Virus record (IMG/VR): IMGVR_UViG_3300035698_012122
Location: 1 to 64,000 of that record
Length of the DNA stretch: 64,000 nucleotides
Direction: 5' to 3' (one strand)
Origin: a virus
The notes under the pieces are model-generated. The model searched no databases. It saw only the letters and a program-made list of their open reading frames with translations, and was not told where the DNA came from. The position numbers were made by a program, and so were the translations under genes. This document shows, piece by piece, positions 19,448-29,734 of the stretch (position 1 is the first letter of the stretch; every line of letters starts with the position of its first letter).

Positions 19448-19810
19448 ATGAGCAAAAACAACAATGGTAGAAAAAGAGACAGCCAAAATAGTATCAAAGG
19501 TGATGCATTGGAAAATGACCGAGTACCAGCACCAAAAATGAAAATTACGGCTAAAGTTTTAGATGGAAACACTATAGAAAAAAATGAAAGTGTCGATAAG
19601 TCTGCTAAACAGAAGATTCAAGAAAAGCGTGACTCTGGTGCAAGAAAAGAAAAACGTGTGAATATTGGATGGGTTATCTCAAGATTAGATGAACCAAAAG
19701 ATGTTGAGTACGATGGTAATGTAATGAGAGTTTCACCACGAGCGAAAATGAAAGTAGCAGATCATACTAAGTTGGGAGATTTACCCAATGGTTTAGTTCT
19801 GAAAAAGTAG
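19448..19810 (+). CDS. Hypothetical protein
   Basis: 120-aa ORF with AAGGGG RBS before the sheath gene. Confidence 0.55.
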   Translation: MSKNNNGRKRDSQNSIKGDALENDRVPAPKMKITAKVLDGNTIEKNESVDKSAKQKIQEKRDSGARKEKRVNIGWVISRLDEPKDVEYDGNVMRVSPRAKMKVADHTKLGDLPNGLVLKK

Positions 19811-19888
19811 TATAGTATTATTATAAAAGATATTAACAAAAAAGTTATTTAATATATAAAAAATTAAATAGAACAACGGAGGTTTTAT

Positions 19889-21721
19889 ATGGGTATGGCC
19901 AGAGTCAATCTAAAAGAAGTAGACCTATCAACAAGGGTAGCTTCATTTGGTGGAGTATATGGTGCTATGTGTATTCCATCTTTAAAAGGGCCAATAGATT
20001 CGCCTTTTCTAAGTACGAGTGACACACAATTTCTAAACAAGTTTACAGCTAGAGGTAGAATTGAAGTTGGTGAAGACCTTTCAATGTATTCTGCTTTAGC
20101 GTTCTTAGAACGTGCTAATAAGCTTTGGATTAAACGTGTTATCAATGATGCCTTCTTTGGTGGTGCAACTATTGCAACTGCTTCTAGTGCTTCAACATTC
20201 GCTTCATTTGATGGAGTAATCACACCGCTAACAGGAAATGCAGAGTTAACAGCAGATGTTGCTGGAACAACTGGTAATGCAATTCTTATTACAGGTGATG
20301 GTGTAAAAACTTTAACTACTTTAGTTAATGATTGGAATGTTGCAAACGTAGGAAACGAAGTAACAATTGATAGTGCTAACGGTGCTGAAATTCCTGATGA
20401 TTTACAAGCAATGCAATTAGCTGGTGCAACTGATGGTGAAATTAACGAAGCTCTACCAGACAATACTGATATGGCCGATCCAACAGCATATGTTTTTGGT
20501 GCTGAAGAGTTAATGTTAATTTATGCTTCTTCTGAAGGTGCATGGGGTAACGGAATAGCAATCAAATTTATTACTGATGCTACTGATACTCGATTGCTAG
20601 AACCAGATGCATTTATCCTAGAGGTTTATTTAAAAGAAAATTTAGTTGTTCCAGTTGAGACACATATTTGTTCAAGAGTATTAGGACAAAAAGATGGTCG
20701 TGGATTAAATATGTTTCTTGAAGATTTATTAGAAGGTTCGGAATACATTAGAGGTATTTCAAATGTTCTTATAGATGACACTGTTCTTCCAGCTCAAGAT
20801 TCTTCACCATTCCTTATGGGTGCTGGTGAAGATGGATTGGCCGTAACAGATGCGAACATGGTTTTAGCTTTGGATGATTTTTCTAATCCAAATGAATTAC
20901 CAGTTACAATCTTTATGGATGGTGGTTATGCAGTTCCAGCTTATGGAATAGCAATGGACACAATTGCAAAAAACAGACAAGATTCTGTAGCAATTCTTTC
21001 AACACCATATGCTGATGAAGCAAGTTCAAATTACCTGAATGACATTGTTGAATATAGAAAAGATGAATTGAACCTAAACAGTTCATACTCTGGATTATAT
21101 ACACCACATCTTCAGATTCAAGATAAGTTCAATGATAGAACATTATGGGTAGCACCTGATGGAGCTGTTGGTGGATCAATCAGTTTTAGTTCTGAAAATT
21201 ACGAAATCTGGTATCCAGCTTCGGGATTTAAACGTGGTATTTTAAATGTTTTAGATACTCGTAGAAGATTCTCTGATGGTGAAATGGACACGTTACAAAA
21301 CAATCAAATTAATCCAATCAGATTCATTTCTGGAAAAGGGATTGTAATTTGGGGTCAAAAAACATTACTTGCTAGTGCATCTGCATTATCAGGAATGAAT
21401 GTAAGACTATTGTTAACGGTAATTGAACCAGCAATCAAAGACTTCTTAATGAACTTTTTGTTTGAACTTAATGATGATGCAAATAGAAACTTAGCAGTTA
21501 CACAAATTGGGTCTTATATGAATACTATCCAAGCTAAAAAAGGTGTATATGGTTTCCAAGTTGTTTCTGATAACTCAAATAACTCTGATGCTGATGTAGA
21601 TGCTGGTAGAATGAATGTAGATGTTTTCATTAAGCCTACTATCTCAACTGAAGAAATTCCTGTTAGGATTGTAATAACTCCAAACACTATTTCTTTTGAA
21701 ACCGCACAAGGTGCTATTTAA
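19889..21721 (+). CDS. Tail sheath protein
   Basis: EVDLS start, GAWGN, WYPASGFKRG, INPI..WGQKT, NVRLL sheath motifs. Confidence 0.95.
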   Translation: MGMARVNLKEVDLSTRVASFGGVYGAMCIPSLKGPIDSPFLSTSDTQFLNKFTARGRIEVGEDLSMYSALAFLERANKLWIKRVINDAFFGGATIATASSASTFASFDGVITPLTGNAELTADVAGTTGNAILITGDGVKTLTTLVNDWNVANVGNEVTIDSANGAEIPDDLQAMQLAGATDGEINEALPDNTDMADPTAYVFGAEELMLIYASSEGAWGNGIAIKFITDATDTRLLEPDAFILEVYLKENLVVPVETHICSRVLGQKDGRGLNMFLEDLLEGSEYIRGISNVLIDDTVLPAQDSSPFLMGAGEDGLAVTDANMVLALDDFSNPNELPVTIFMDGGYAVPAYGIAMDTIAKNRQDSVAILSTPYADEASSNYLNDIVEYRKDELNLNSSYSGLYTPHLQIQDKFNDRTLWVAPDGAVGGSISFSSENYEIWYPASGFKRGILNVLDTRRRFSDGEMDTLQNNQINPIRFISGKGIVIWGQKTLLASASALSGMNVRLLLTVIEPAIKDFLMNFLFELNDDANRNLAVTQIGSYMNTIQAKKGVYGFQVVSDNSNNSDADVDAGRMNVDVFIKPTISTEEIPVRIVITPNTISFETAQGAI

Positions 21722-21741
21722 TTCTAAAAGGGGAATAAGTT

Positions 21742-22275
21742 ATGAGTAAAATAGATATTGAACAATTGAGAGCACTACCCGATTATGTCAAACTGACTGA
21801 TTGGGGTATTGCATTTCCAGTGTTGCCAGCAGTTGGTTTATTAGGTGGTTTTGTTTCTGAAGATTTAAATCTTAGATGTGAATCAGTTGACCTACCAAAA
21901 CCAGCTAACCAAAAGATTGAAGTAAGTACTAAAGGTCATAAAACTTTTCAAAACGGTTTAAGTGATTTTGGTAACTCAACTACAATTACTTTCAATGATA
22001 CTGTTGATAATCTTGTGTTTAACTTTGTTAAAGCATGGAGAGAAATCACCAGAGATTTTAGAACTGGTAAACAGTTTTCTAAATCAGAAGTTGAAGCAAT
22101 TATTGTTGTTACTCAATACGATGCAAACGATAATGCAATTAGAGCGTGGGAATTAGTAGGGTGTCTTTGGGAATCAGATGATTTTGGTTCACTAGATTCT
22201 GCTTCTAGTGATATTGCTAGACCTTCACTTACAATTAGTTTTGATTATCCAAGACCAATTTCTTTAAGAGCATAA
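21742..22275 (+). CDS. Tail tube protein (gp19-like)
   Basis: Follows sheath; CESVDLP, ITFND, LTISFDY. Confidence 0.85.
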   Translation: MSKIDIEQLRALPDYVKLTDWGIAFPVLPAVGLLGGFVSEDLNLRCESVDLPKPANQKIEVSTKGHKTFQNGLSDFGNSTTITFNDTVDNLVFNFVKAWREITRDFRTGKQFSKSEVEAIIVVTQYDANDNAIRAWELVGCLWESDDFGSLDSASSDIARPSLTISFDYPRPISLRA

Positions 22276-22283
22276 TTCTAAAA

Positions 22284-22325
22284 TTTATAATGGGCCTTAG
22301 CTAAAACCTTTGGCCCCGTTATAAA
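22284..22325 (+). other. Intergenic hairpin after the tube gene (stability or processing element)
   Basis: TTTATAATGGGCC..GGCCCCGTTATAAA inverted repeat; followed by As, so not a classic + strand terminator. Confidence 0.5.
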
Positions 22326-22344
22326 AAATCGTTAAGGTAAACCA

Positions 22345-23034
22345 ATGGCATTAATCCCATCATTCATTCCGGGCCATGAAGAAATAAATGGTGCTATAAA
22401 TAGTTTCTTTGGAAATGATTCTATAGATGTAATTAGATCAATAGATTATGATGTAAAATATTTATGGGCCATTAGAATGGTTTCTGGTACACCACCAAAA
22501 CCTTTTGATACATTCTTTCCAGCACAAGATGTAACAGTTCCTATGGCTATCTCAGAGAGTGAGACAATCGAATACGCACAGACTTCAATGCAAGTTCCAA
22601 TTAAAACTACTGGAAAAGAAATATCTATTACTTTTTATGATAATGATAAAAGATCATTGCTGTACTGGTTAGCAGATTGGATAAATATTGATATTCAAAA
22701 CGGTGGTAAATTTATGTCTGGAATTGCAGATGACCACAACATTGTAGAGGGTTACACCAGAGCTGTAGACATTTCTGGTCTAGGTACTAGTAATAGTAAA
22801 GTTAAGCCTGTACGCACCATAGAATTAACTTTATTGTCAAAATACAAAAAGACAGATAAAACAATTATGTACGATGTTTTTCCAGTAGGTGAATTACCAT
22901 GGGGTGGGGATCAAAGTTCTGAAGCTCAAACTTATACAATGAGGTTTGCAATAGTTAAAGAATATGAAACTGCTAGTGATAATTCAACTAGTTTTTTGGA
23001 TATAGCAAAGGACATTTTAGGCAAGCTATTTTAA
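22345..23034 (+). CDS. Tube-like baseplate protein (gp54-like)
   Basis: ISITFYD..W and VFP..QTYTMRF tube-fold pattern. Confidence 0.55.
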   Translation: MALIPSFIPGHEEINGAINSFFGNDSIDVIRSIDYDVKYLWAIRMVSGTPPKPFDTFFPAQDVTVPMAISESETIEYAQTSMQVPIKTTGKEISITFYDNDKRSLLYWLADWINIDIQNGGKFMSGIADDHNIVEGYTRAVDISGLGTSNSKVKPVRTIELTLLSKYKKTDKTIMYDVFPVGELPWGGDQSSEAQTYTMRFAIVKEYETASDNSTSFLDIAKDILGKLF

Positions 23035-23062
23035 TCGTTAAATAAGGAATAAGGAAACAATC

Positions 23063-23908
23063 ATGGAAAATGAATTACCGTTAACATTAATACCGATGGA
23101 AAAGTTACCCTCAAAAGGTATGGCTTATCCAGAAGGTGTAAAAATTGAATACCGTACCTATACGTTCGGTGAAACCAAAATGGAATCAGCTAGTTCTGGT
23201 TCATCAATACGAGCTGTAAAAAGGGCATTAAATTGCATAACGACTACAGGAATGGAACGTGGTAATCTAACAGTACTAGATTTATTTTATCTTGGTGTTT
23301 TGATTAAAATGTCTTCAGAAGGTGCAAGTGAATTTCATATGCCTTATATGTGTTGGAAATGTGCTCATGAAGGTGAACATAAATTTTCACAAAAAGATTT
23401 AGATTTTAAAGATATGGATGCGTCAATTGAATCACTACCAATGAAAGTAAAAATGAGTGATGATACTGTTTTAGAATTTTCTCCAATGACCGTTCAACAA
23501 TATATAGATTTATACTCTGGAAAATTCAATGCAGTATTCCCAAAGAATAAACCAGATGATGTTGCACCAGTAGCAACATTAGTTAAAAATTTAGGTGGTT
23601 ATGCTAGTTCGTATAAATATCTAACGAGTATGACAAATGCAGAAGATGGTGAGCTAGTTAACGAAATAGATAAAATGCTCATGCATCAGATAAAGCCATT
23701 AGCCCTTAAGTGTTCCAACACACTAGAAAATGAATCAGTATGTAATGCTGAATTGTTTCTTAAATTGGAAGGGAAGGAAGCTTTGCTAAAGCCGTTTCAT
23801 GGACGAGAGACACCTATTAAATCTCGAATTTACTATGGCAATGCACCTGAACATAACACCAAGAGAGTTAGGCCAAATGGAGTTTCTGCAAGTAGTGGAG
23901 CTGAATAA
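23063..23908 (+). CDS. Tail/baseplate hub assembly chaperone (gp26-like)
   Basis: LPSKGMAYP, two Cys pairs, position before tape measure. Confidence 0.7.
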   Translation: MENELPLTLIPMEKLPSKGMAYPEGVKIEYRTYTFGETKMESASSGSSIRAVKRALNCITTTGMERGNLTVLDLFYLGVLIKMSSEGASEFHMPYMCWKCAHEGEHKFSQKDLDFKDMDASIESLPMKVKMSDDTVLEFSPMTVQQYIDLYSGKFNAVFPKNKPDDVAPVATLVKNLGGYASSYKYLTSMTNAEDGELVNEIDKMLMHQIKPLALKCSNTLENESVCNAELFLKLEGKEALLKPFHGRETPIKSRIYYGNAPEHNTKRVRPNGVSASSGAE

Positions 23909-23945
23909 AAGAGTAGTAGAATATTTTAAAGAAGATAAGAAATAG
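23799..23945 (+). CDS. Small overlapping chaperone ORF (gp51-like or frameshift extension), 48 aa, not in the ORF track
   Basis: MDERHLLNLEFTMAMHLNITPRELGQMEFLQVVELNKRVVEYFKEDKK in the +1 frame; fills the gap to the tape measure gene. Confidence 0.65.
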   Translation: MDERHLLNLEFTMAMHLNITPRELGQMEFLQVVELNKRVVEYFKEDKK

Positions 23946-23953
23946 CACCAAGG

Positions 23954-25906
23954 ATGGTAATGGCAACAGTTACTTCAGATACAAGTATAATGGACATCTT
24001 AGGCGGTGGTGCTTCTTCTCAACATTTTGAGTTGATGGAAGAGAGTAATGACCTAGCACGAGAAGAACTAAAGAGACATGAAGCAGTAGCTAATGAAATG
24101 GCTTTGATGTCCACTAATGCTGGAAATTTTAAAGAGTCACTTCAATCCACATATATCCAAGCAACTACAAAATTACATGATGGGATAGTTAATCCACTTA
24201 AACAGATTCGTAGTGAAGCTACAGCATCATATAATACGCTTACTAGTTCTGTTCATGAAATGGGAATGGGTGTAACCGAAAAACTTTCAGATGTTAAGGA
24301 AGGTTTTAAAACTGGACTATCAAATGTTAAAGAAGGTTTTTCATCTAGCGTATTAGATTTAAAAACTGGTTTCACCGATGCGGTTACATCTACTAATGAA
24401 TTTTTAGATGGAATGTCTGTAAAGATGGAAGCATTTAGCAATCTACCAACAGAACAAAAACTATTACTAGCTGGTCAAACAATTGCAGATGGTGTTGTTT
24501 CATCCTTTAATGCATCATCAGAAATTCTAAGTGCTGGAATGGAATCATTAGGAACTGGTATTACAGCAGTTGGTGGTTTTGTTAAATCATCTGCTGGATA
24601 TTTAAAAGGCCTATTTCAAAAATCTGAAGAAGGTGAAGATGTTGGTGGAACTTCTGGTGCTGGTGCAGATAGTAAAAATTCAAAAGAAGATGATAGTACT
24701 TCTGGTGGTGGAATTGGTTCACTACTTGGAAAACTAATGCCTAAAGGTCTTTTAAAGATGTTTGGTAAAACTGGTAAGGTACTTGGAAAACTTGGTAGGT
24801 TTGCTGGAAAATTAGCTCTACCATTAGTTGCAATCATGAGTATATTTGATTTCGTAGGCGGTGTTCAAAATGCTTCAGAAATAATAGGTAAACCAGAAGA
24901 TCAATTATCAAATTTAGAAAAAGCTGGTGCTGGATTAGCTGGTGTTGTTTCAGGACTGACACTTGGTTTTGTAGACGCTAGTACTATTTATTCTGAAGGT
25001 GCTCAAATAATAGATTCTGTTAGCGGTTTTGCTTCAGACATATTTAATAGTTTACCATCAGGTGTTCAAGATGGATTAACAAAAGTATCAGATGTTTTAT
25101 TCAGTTCTGAAACTGGTATCTTCTCATCTATTGGTAGAATCTTTTCTGAAAACATTGATGCAATTGCAGATGGTGATTATGGAACATTATTATTAAATGT
25201 TTTAACTCTACCTTTACAAGCACTTTTTAGTAGTGATGGGATAATAGCAAATACATTTAATAGTGTTATGGAACTTCTACCTAATTCATTCAAAGATTCT
25301 ATTGGTGGTTTTGTAGATACTATAATGGGGTGGTTTGATAAAATTAAAACCATGGCATCAGATTTAATTCCAGATTCATTAAAGAGTTTAATAGATGGAA
25401 CGCTTACTTCTGATATTGGTAAAAAAGTATCTGGAACTTTAGGTAAAGGTGTTGATTCTGTAAAAGGTTTCTTTGGCTTTGGTGGAGATAAAGAAGAAGA
25501 AGTATCTGATACAAAAATAAAAGAACGTAAATCTATAAACGAATTTGCAGATAAAAAAGCAATTGATAAAGACACTACAAGTAGAAAAATAAAATCAGCT
25601 AGTTCTTCAGCAATAGTAGTTAGATCAAGTGAGCAATCTGGAAACCAAATAAGTGAGAAAAAAGCAAGGGCAAAAACAGTTACTAGAAATAGTAGGGTAA
25701 ATGCTAAAGCAAAAAATATTAAAGATTCCGATACTGCTACTAAGCGGTCTAAAGAACAGATGAATAAGAAACAGGATATTCAACCTGTTATTATACAATC
25801 ACCAGCACCAGCTCAAAAAAGCAGTGGTAGCGGTAAACAACTAAACACCAGTACAACTATTGGTGATACTGAATTAGCAGTTATGAACTCTAATATGATG
25901 GATTAA
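23954..25906 (+). CDS. Tape measure-like protein
   Basis: 650 aa, helical, 11-residue repeats (LSDVKEGFKTG/LSNVKEGFSSS), G/A-rich hydrophobic segments, follows chaperone. Confidence 0.75.
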   Translation: MVMATVTSDTSIMDILGGGASSQHFELMEESNDLAREELKRHEAVANEMALMSTNAGNFKESLQSTYIQATTKLHDGIVNPLKQIRSEATASYNTLTSSVHEMGMGVTEKLSDVKEGFKTGLSNVKEGFSSSVLDLKTGFTDAVTSTNEFLDGMSVKMEAFSNLPTEQKLLLAGQTIADGVVSSFNASSEILSAGMESLGTGITAVGGFVKSSAGYLKGLFQKSEEGEDVGGTSGAGADSKNSKEDDSTSGGGIGSLLGKLMPKGLLKMFGKTGKVLGKLGRFAGKLALPLVAIMSIFDFVGGVQNASEIIGKPEDQLSNLEKAGAGLAGVVSGLTLGFVDASTIYSEGAQIIDSVSGFASDIFNSLPSGVQDGLTKVSDVLFSSETGIFSSIGRIFSENIDAIADGDYGTLLLNVLTLPLQALFSSDGIIANTFNSVMELLPNSFKDSIGGFVDTIMGWFDKIKTMASDLIPDSLKSLIDGTLTSDIGKKVSGTLGKGVDSVKGFFGFGGDKEEEVSDTKIKERKSINEFADKKAIDKDTTSRKIKSASSSAIVVRSSEQSGNQISEKKARAKTVTRNSRVNAKAKNIKDSDTATKRSKEQMNKKQDIQPVIIQSPAPAQKSSGSGKQLNTSTTIGDTELAVMNSNMMD

Positions 25907-25908
25907 TT

Positions 25909-26664
25909 ATGGCCTTTAAAATAAATTCACAAGGTACAGCAGAATTACAAGCTAATGAACTTTATAAGTTTCTAATAGCTGGTTCTGGAATAGCAGTTGA
26001 AGGACAAATGCAAAATCAATTATCAATTGGTGGAGCAAATGGATTTACAGATGTTGCAAGTGTTTTATCCGAACTAGCAGATGTTGCTGGTGGAGTATCA
26101 AAAACTTTAGGTGCTGTTATTGGTCTAGCGAAGGCCGCGAAACAAGGTTTAAATGCAGTTAATCAAGCATCATCACGTTCTAAAATAACAGACTTTGAAT
26201 CTCGTTTAATATGGGAATCATCTGAAAAACCACAGTTCGTAATTGAATATACTTTTTATAATGAATCACAATCACAAGCTGAAAGTTCAAAGGGTGCTTT
26301 ATCTCAAGCACTAGCATTGCAAAGGGCGGTTCTACCATCAAAAGGTTTACCAGCAAAAGGAAGGCCCGGTGTTTTCTTTAAATCACCACTTGGATATAAA
26401 CCAAAAACTGGTGGTAACAAAGTAGCTCAAGGAACTTTAACACTTTCAATTGGTAGATGGTTTAGAGCTTCAGACTTAGTTGTTAAATCAACAAACTTTA
26501 CACCTTCAGTTCAAGTTATGGGTAACGGTCATCCAGTTCTAGTGAAAGGTTCAATTACTTTAGAACCATCAGAATTAATTACATACGAAACATTTAAAGG
26601 TTATTTTAGAAATGTAACTACAAATTCTGCTAACAGTGGGAATACAATTTTAGGAAGCTTATAA
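25909..26664 (+). CDS. Tail tube initiator/baseplate protein (gp48-like)
   Basis: Position; LSIGRWF..GHPV..ITL pattern. Confidence 0.5.
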   Translation: MAFKINSQGTAELQANELYKFLIAGSGIAVEGQMQNQLSIGGANGFTDVASVLSELADVAGGVSKTLGAVIGLAKAAKQGLNAVNQASSRSKITDFESRLIWESSEKPQFVIEYTFYNESQSQAESSKGALSQALALQRAVLPSKGLPAKGRPGVFFKSPLGYKPKTGGNKVAQGTLTLSIGRWFRASDLVVKSTNFTPSVQVMGNGHPVLVKGSITLEPSELITYETFKGYFRNVTTNSANSGNTILGSL

Positions 26665-27023
26665 TGGCAAACGATAAAGAATTTTTTATTAATACAGATA
26701 TAAAAACAGAGAAAAGATATGATCTAGCAAAGTTCTTAGAACAAGGTGCAGATAGTTTTGACCCTTTAACATCTTCTCTATTAGATAGGGTGGATAAATT
26801 AGAGCTAGGTGGTTACTACACTGTTCAAGGTGAAGATGGGATGCCATGGCTACTATCTGAAAGGCTTTATGGAGATAACCAATACTGGTGGATTATTATG
26901 CTCTATAACGGTTTTGCTGGTATAGAAGACATAACAAACGGTGAAAATATAAAGTACCCATCTATAAATGCAATCCAAGATGAATACTTCACGTTAAAAA
27001 CTCGTGAAAGGACAAGCGAATAA
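26664..27023 (+). CDS. Baseplate wedge protein (gp53/LysM-like)
   Basis: LLSERLYGDNQYWWIIMLYNG..IKYPS. Confidence 0.8.
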   Translation: MANDKEFFINTDIKTEKRYDLAKFLEQGADSFDPLTSSLLDRVDKLELGGYYTVQGEDGMPWLLSERLYGDNQYWWIIMLYNGFAGIEDITNGENIKYPSINAIQDEYFTLKTRERTSE

Positions 27024-28174
27024 TGTTGTTCGGTAAAGAAGGTCAATATGTATGTTCTATAAATATTGAAGGCATTGATGCTGAATTTATGGAACATGAT
27101 GACTTAGAAATTCTAAAGATAGTTGAAGAAGCTGGAAATGTTTTACCAACTTTTGCATTGTCATTTACAACTTACTTAGAAGATGTAATGTCAAAAATGA
27201 ATGATGGTGCAATAATTAAAGTATCAATGGGTGTTGATATTGAAAACATGGAAGACTATGAACTATCAGTATCTAAATTTAGTTCTGAAGTAGTTGGCAA
27301 TACAAATGTTAAAATTTCATGTATCGGTTTTGCATCAAAAATAAATTTCATTACAGACCAACCATTACAAATAACTGCTGAAAAATCTGGTATTGAAGTA
27401 GCTATTGAAACAGCATCTAAGAATTTCAAAGTAGATTCCAACATCACAAAATCTAAAGATAAAATGAAATGGATTCAATACTCAGTAACAGATAAGAAGT
27501 TTGTATCAGATTGCTTACTTCACAGTGAGATTACAGATTCATTTATTGCTTCAGCTATTACAGCTAGTGGTAAATATATTATTAGGGATGTTAAGAAGTA
27601 TGTTAAATCTTTGAAAGGTTCTTATGATTGGAAGTTTACAAAAGACAATGATGGAAAACCAAATAGTATTATAATTGAAGGTGGATTAAATATTAGTTCA
27701 CGTTCTGGTTTTATAAACAATTGGACTGGATATAAAAAGATAGCTAATGGAATTAATATAAAGAAAAAAGAAACTACTGATGTGTTTACTGAAGATACGG
27801 AAGTTTTACTTTCATTAGCTTCAGAATTAGATAAGGCCAAAACAATTACAGATAGATTCTCTGGTACTAGGATTTTATCAGATAATGTTCATGAAACTTA
27901 TTGGGAATGTTATGAAAAGAATCTAAAGGGATTGGCCTCTTTATCTAGGATGGGAATACCAGTTAGCTTCTCAAATGAGTTTAGAAGTGTAGAACCACTG
28001 CAAATTGCAATGTATTCACAACCATCTACAAATAATGAAGATGAAGCTAGTGAATATGTAACAGGTCTGTATATAATATCTAACGTAACAAAAACAATAC
28101 AAGCTAATATGTTCAACATTACTTGCATCTTAAATAGAGAAGCTTTAAATGTTGTAGACAATGAAGGGGTATAA
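27023..28174 (+). CDS. Baseplate hub protein (gp27/gpD-like)
   Basis: Size, position, C-terminal TGLYIISNVTKTI. Confidence 0.6.
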   Translation: MLFGKEGQYVCSINIEGIDAEFMEHDDLEILKIVEEAGNVLPTFALSFTTYLEDVMSKMNDGAIIKVSMGVDIENMEDYELSVSKFSSEVVGNTNVKISCIGFASKINFITDQPLQITAEKSGIEVAIETASKNFKVDSNITKSKDKMKWIQYSVTDKKFVSDCLLHSEITDSFIASAITASGKYIIRDVKKYVKSLKGSYDWKFTKDNDGKPNSIIIEGGLNISSRSGFINNWTGYKKIANGINIKKKETTDVFTEDTEVLLSLASELDKAKTITDRFSGTRILSDNVHETYWECYEKNLKGLASLSRMGIPVSFSNEFRSVEPLQIAMYSQPSTNNEDEASEYVTGLYIISNVTKTIQANMFNITCILNREALNVVDNEGV

Positions 28175-28175
28175 A

Positions 28176-28646
28176 TTGAAATCAATTAACGAAGCAATGA
28201 AGGAATTTGAAACTAAAGATAAAGATATTAGTATTTTTGAAGCTAAAGAATTTGATTATGATAAGTTCCAAAAGACTTTAGAAAAACTACAAGGCAACGC
28301 TAAAAAAGCTGAAGAAAACTATACAGATTATTCTTCAGGTGAACAAAGTAAAATACAGGATGCACATTGGGCCAACCAAGACCTAATGCTTAAATTCAAA
28401 GACAAACTAGGCAAACAAGCTAGAAAACGTAATGATGCTGGTGAAGATCAAAAAGAAATAATGTCAGATTTAAATTCCAAATTTGCAGACTATGTTAAGA
28501 AGATTGGTTTTGCAGATTCTAAAAAAGCATATCATGATGCTGATGTTGTATGGAAGAAATTTCTAACAGCTATGGAAAATGCTAGAAAAGAATTACGTGA
28601 CCATGAAGGTACAAAGCCAATGAAAATAAGCGGTTTCGGAAACTAA
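28176..28646 (+). CDS. Putative internal head protein with MKSINEAM leader
   Basis: AAGGGG RBS before TTG 28176; 25 nt identical to the start of the 30871 gene. Confidence 0.6.
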   Translation: MKSINEAMKEFETKDKDISIFEAKEFDYDKFQKTLEKLQGNAKKAEENYTDYSSGEQSKIQDAHWANQDLMLKFKDKLGKQARKRNDAGEDQKEIMSDLNSKFADYVKKIGFADSKKAYHDADVVWKKFLTAMENARKELRDHEGTKPMKISGFGN

Positions 28647-28655
28647 AGGAGATAT

Positions 28656-29261
28656 ATGAAAACTTTAACAGAACAATTAAAATTAGAACTAGGTGAAGAA
28701 AAAAGCATCAAAAACAACGGATATAAATACAGTCCGATAAAGTTAAAGGATGCACTTAAAAAACCAAACTCTAAAGATTTAGGTGCAGAAGCATCTAAGC
28801 ATGATGAAAAAGATATTGAGGTTTATTGGATTGAAGATGAATCACTATTAGATAATGTAAAAAACAAAGGTAATCTTCTTTGGATTATAAAAAGTAAAAA
28901 AAGTGAAGGTTCTTTAAACAGTCTAGGTGCTTTACCTAAAAAAGGTGTTGAAAAGAAACCTGTAGTTGAAGCAATGAAAAAAATAACTGACAAGATGACT
29001 GATGCTATGAAAGACGATAGCAGTATAAGCACCTTAACAGTTTTATTTCTACGAGCTGTTGTTAATAATAAATTCCCTTTAAAGTTTGATATGGATAAAG
29101 GCAATGGAGAAATTACATTTGATTTTGGTGTAGTTCCGTTTTCAATCGGAAACGAAAATGTAAACTTTGAAATTGGTAAGGGTAAGGTTTCTGCAAAAGG
29201 TAATGATGATGCTTTTGCTGTAGTTAAACACCTATTAGAAATTGATAAACTAGCACAATGA
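28656..29261 (+). CDS. Putative internal head protein (MKTLTEQL leader)
   Basis: Leader resembles neighbours; internal KKPVVE-AM linker. Confidence 0.5.
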   Translation: MKTLTEQLKLELGEEKSIKNNGYKYSPIKLKDALKKPNSKDLGAEASKHDEKDIEVYWIEDESLLDNVKNKGNLLWIIKSKKSEGSLNSLGALPKKGVEKKPVVEAMKKITDKMTDAMKDDSSISTLTVLFLRAVVNNKFPLKFDMDKGNGEITFDFGVVPFSIGNENVNFEIGKGKVSAKGNDDAFAVVKHLLEIDKLAQ

Positions 29262-29277
29262 CCATAAAGGATAAATT

Positions 29278-29727
29278 ATGAAAAACATTTCTGAAGCAAT
29301 GAAAGAATTTAAAACTAATGAAAAACCAGTAAACGAAAAACGTAAAAAGATGAAACAAAAAGAAATGATCGAAGAGTTAAATAGTTACGGTGGTAGTAAT
29401 AAGAACATCTTTGTTTTTGACCCTGATTCGGGTAAGTCATTTAGCATTTCTCACATAACAGAAAATGGCCCTAAAACTCTTCAGATGAATGTTGATTCGG
29501 CATGGTGGGATAAAAACGAATCAGTTGATGAAGCCAAAACAATAAATCCATTATCACAACTAGATAAAGGTTCTAGTACAGTTCTTTTTGATCTTCTAAA
29601 ACTTAATGGAATAGAAGACGTAACAGAACTAGGTAAAAATGCAAAAGCTAAGAAGAAACTTTTAGATGATTTAGATTTTGCTAAAGGTGTGCTTGAAAAG
29701 GTTATTAAAGAAGTACACTCACTATAG
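29278..29727 (+). CDS. Putative internal head protein (MKNISEAM leader)
   Basis: MKNISEAMKEFK; internal VNE and VDE-A linkers. Confidence 0.6.
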   Translation: MKNISEAMKEFKTNEKPVNEKRKKMKQKEMIEELNSYGGSNKNIFVFDPDSGKSFSISHITENGPKTLQMNVDSAWWDKNESVDEAKTINPLSQLDKGSSTVLFDLLKLNGIEDVTELGKNAKAKKKLLDDLDFAKGVLEKVIKEVHSL

Positions 29728-29734
29728 GAATTAA

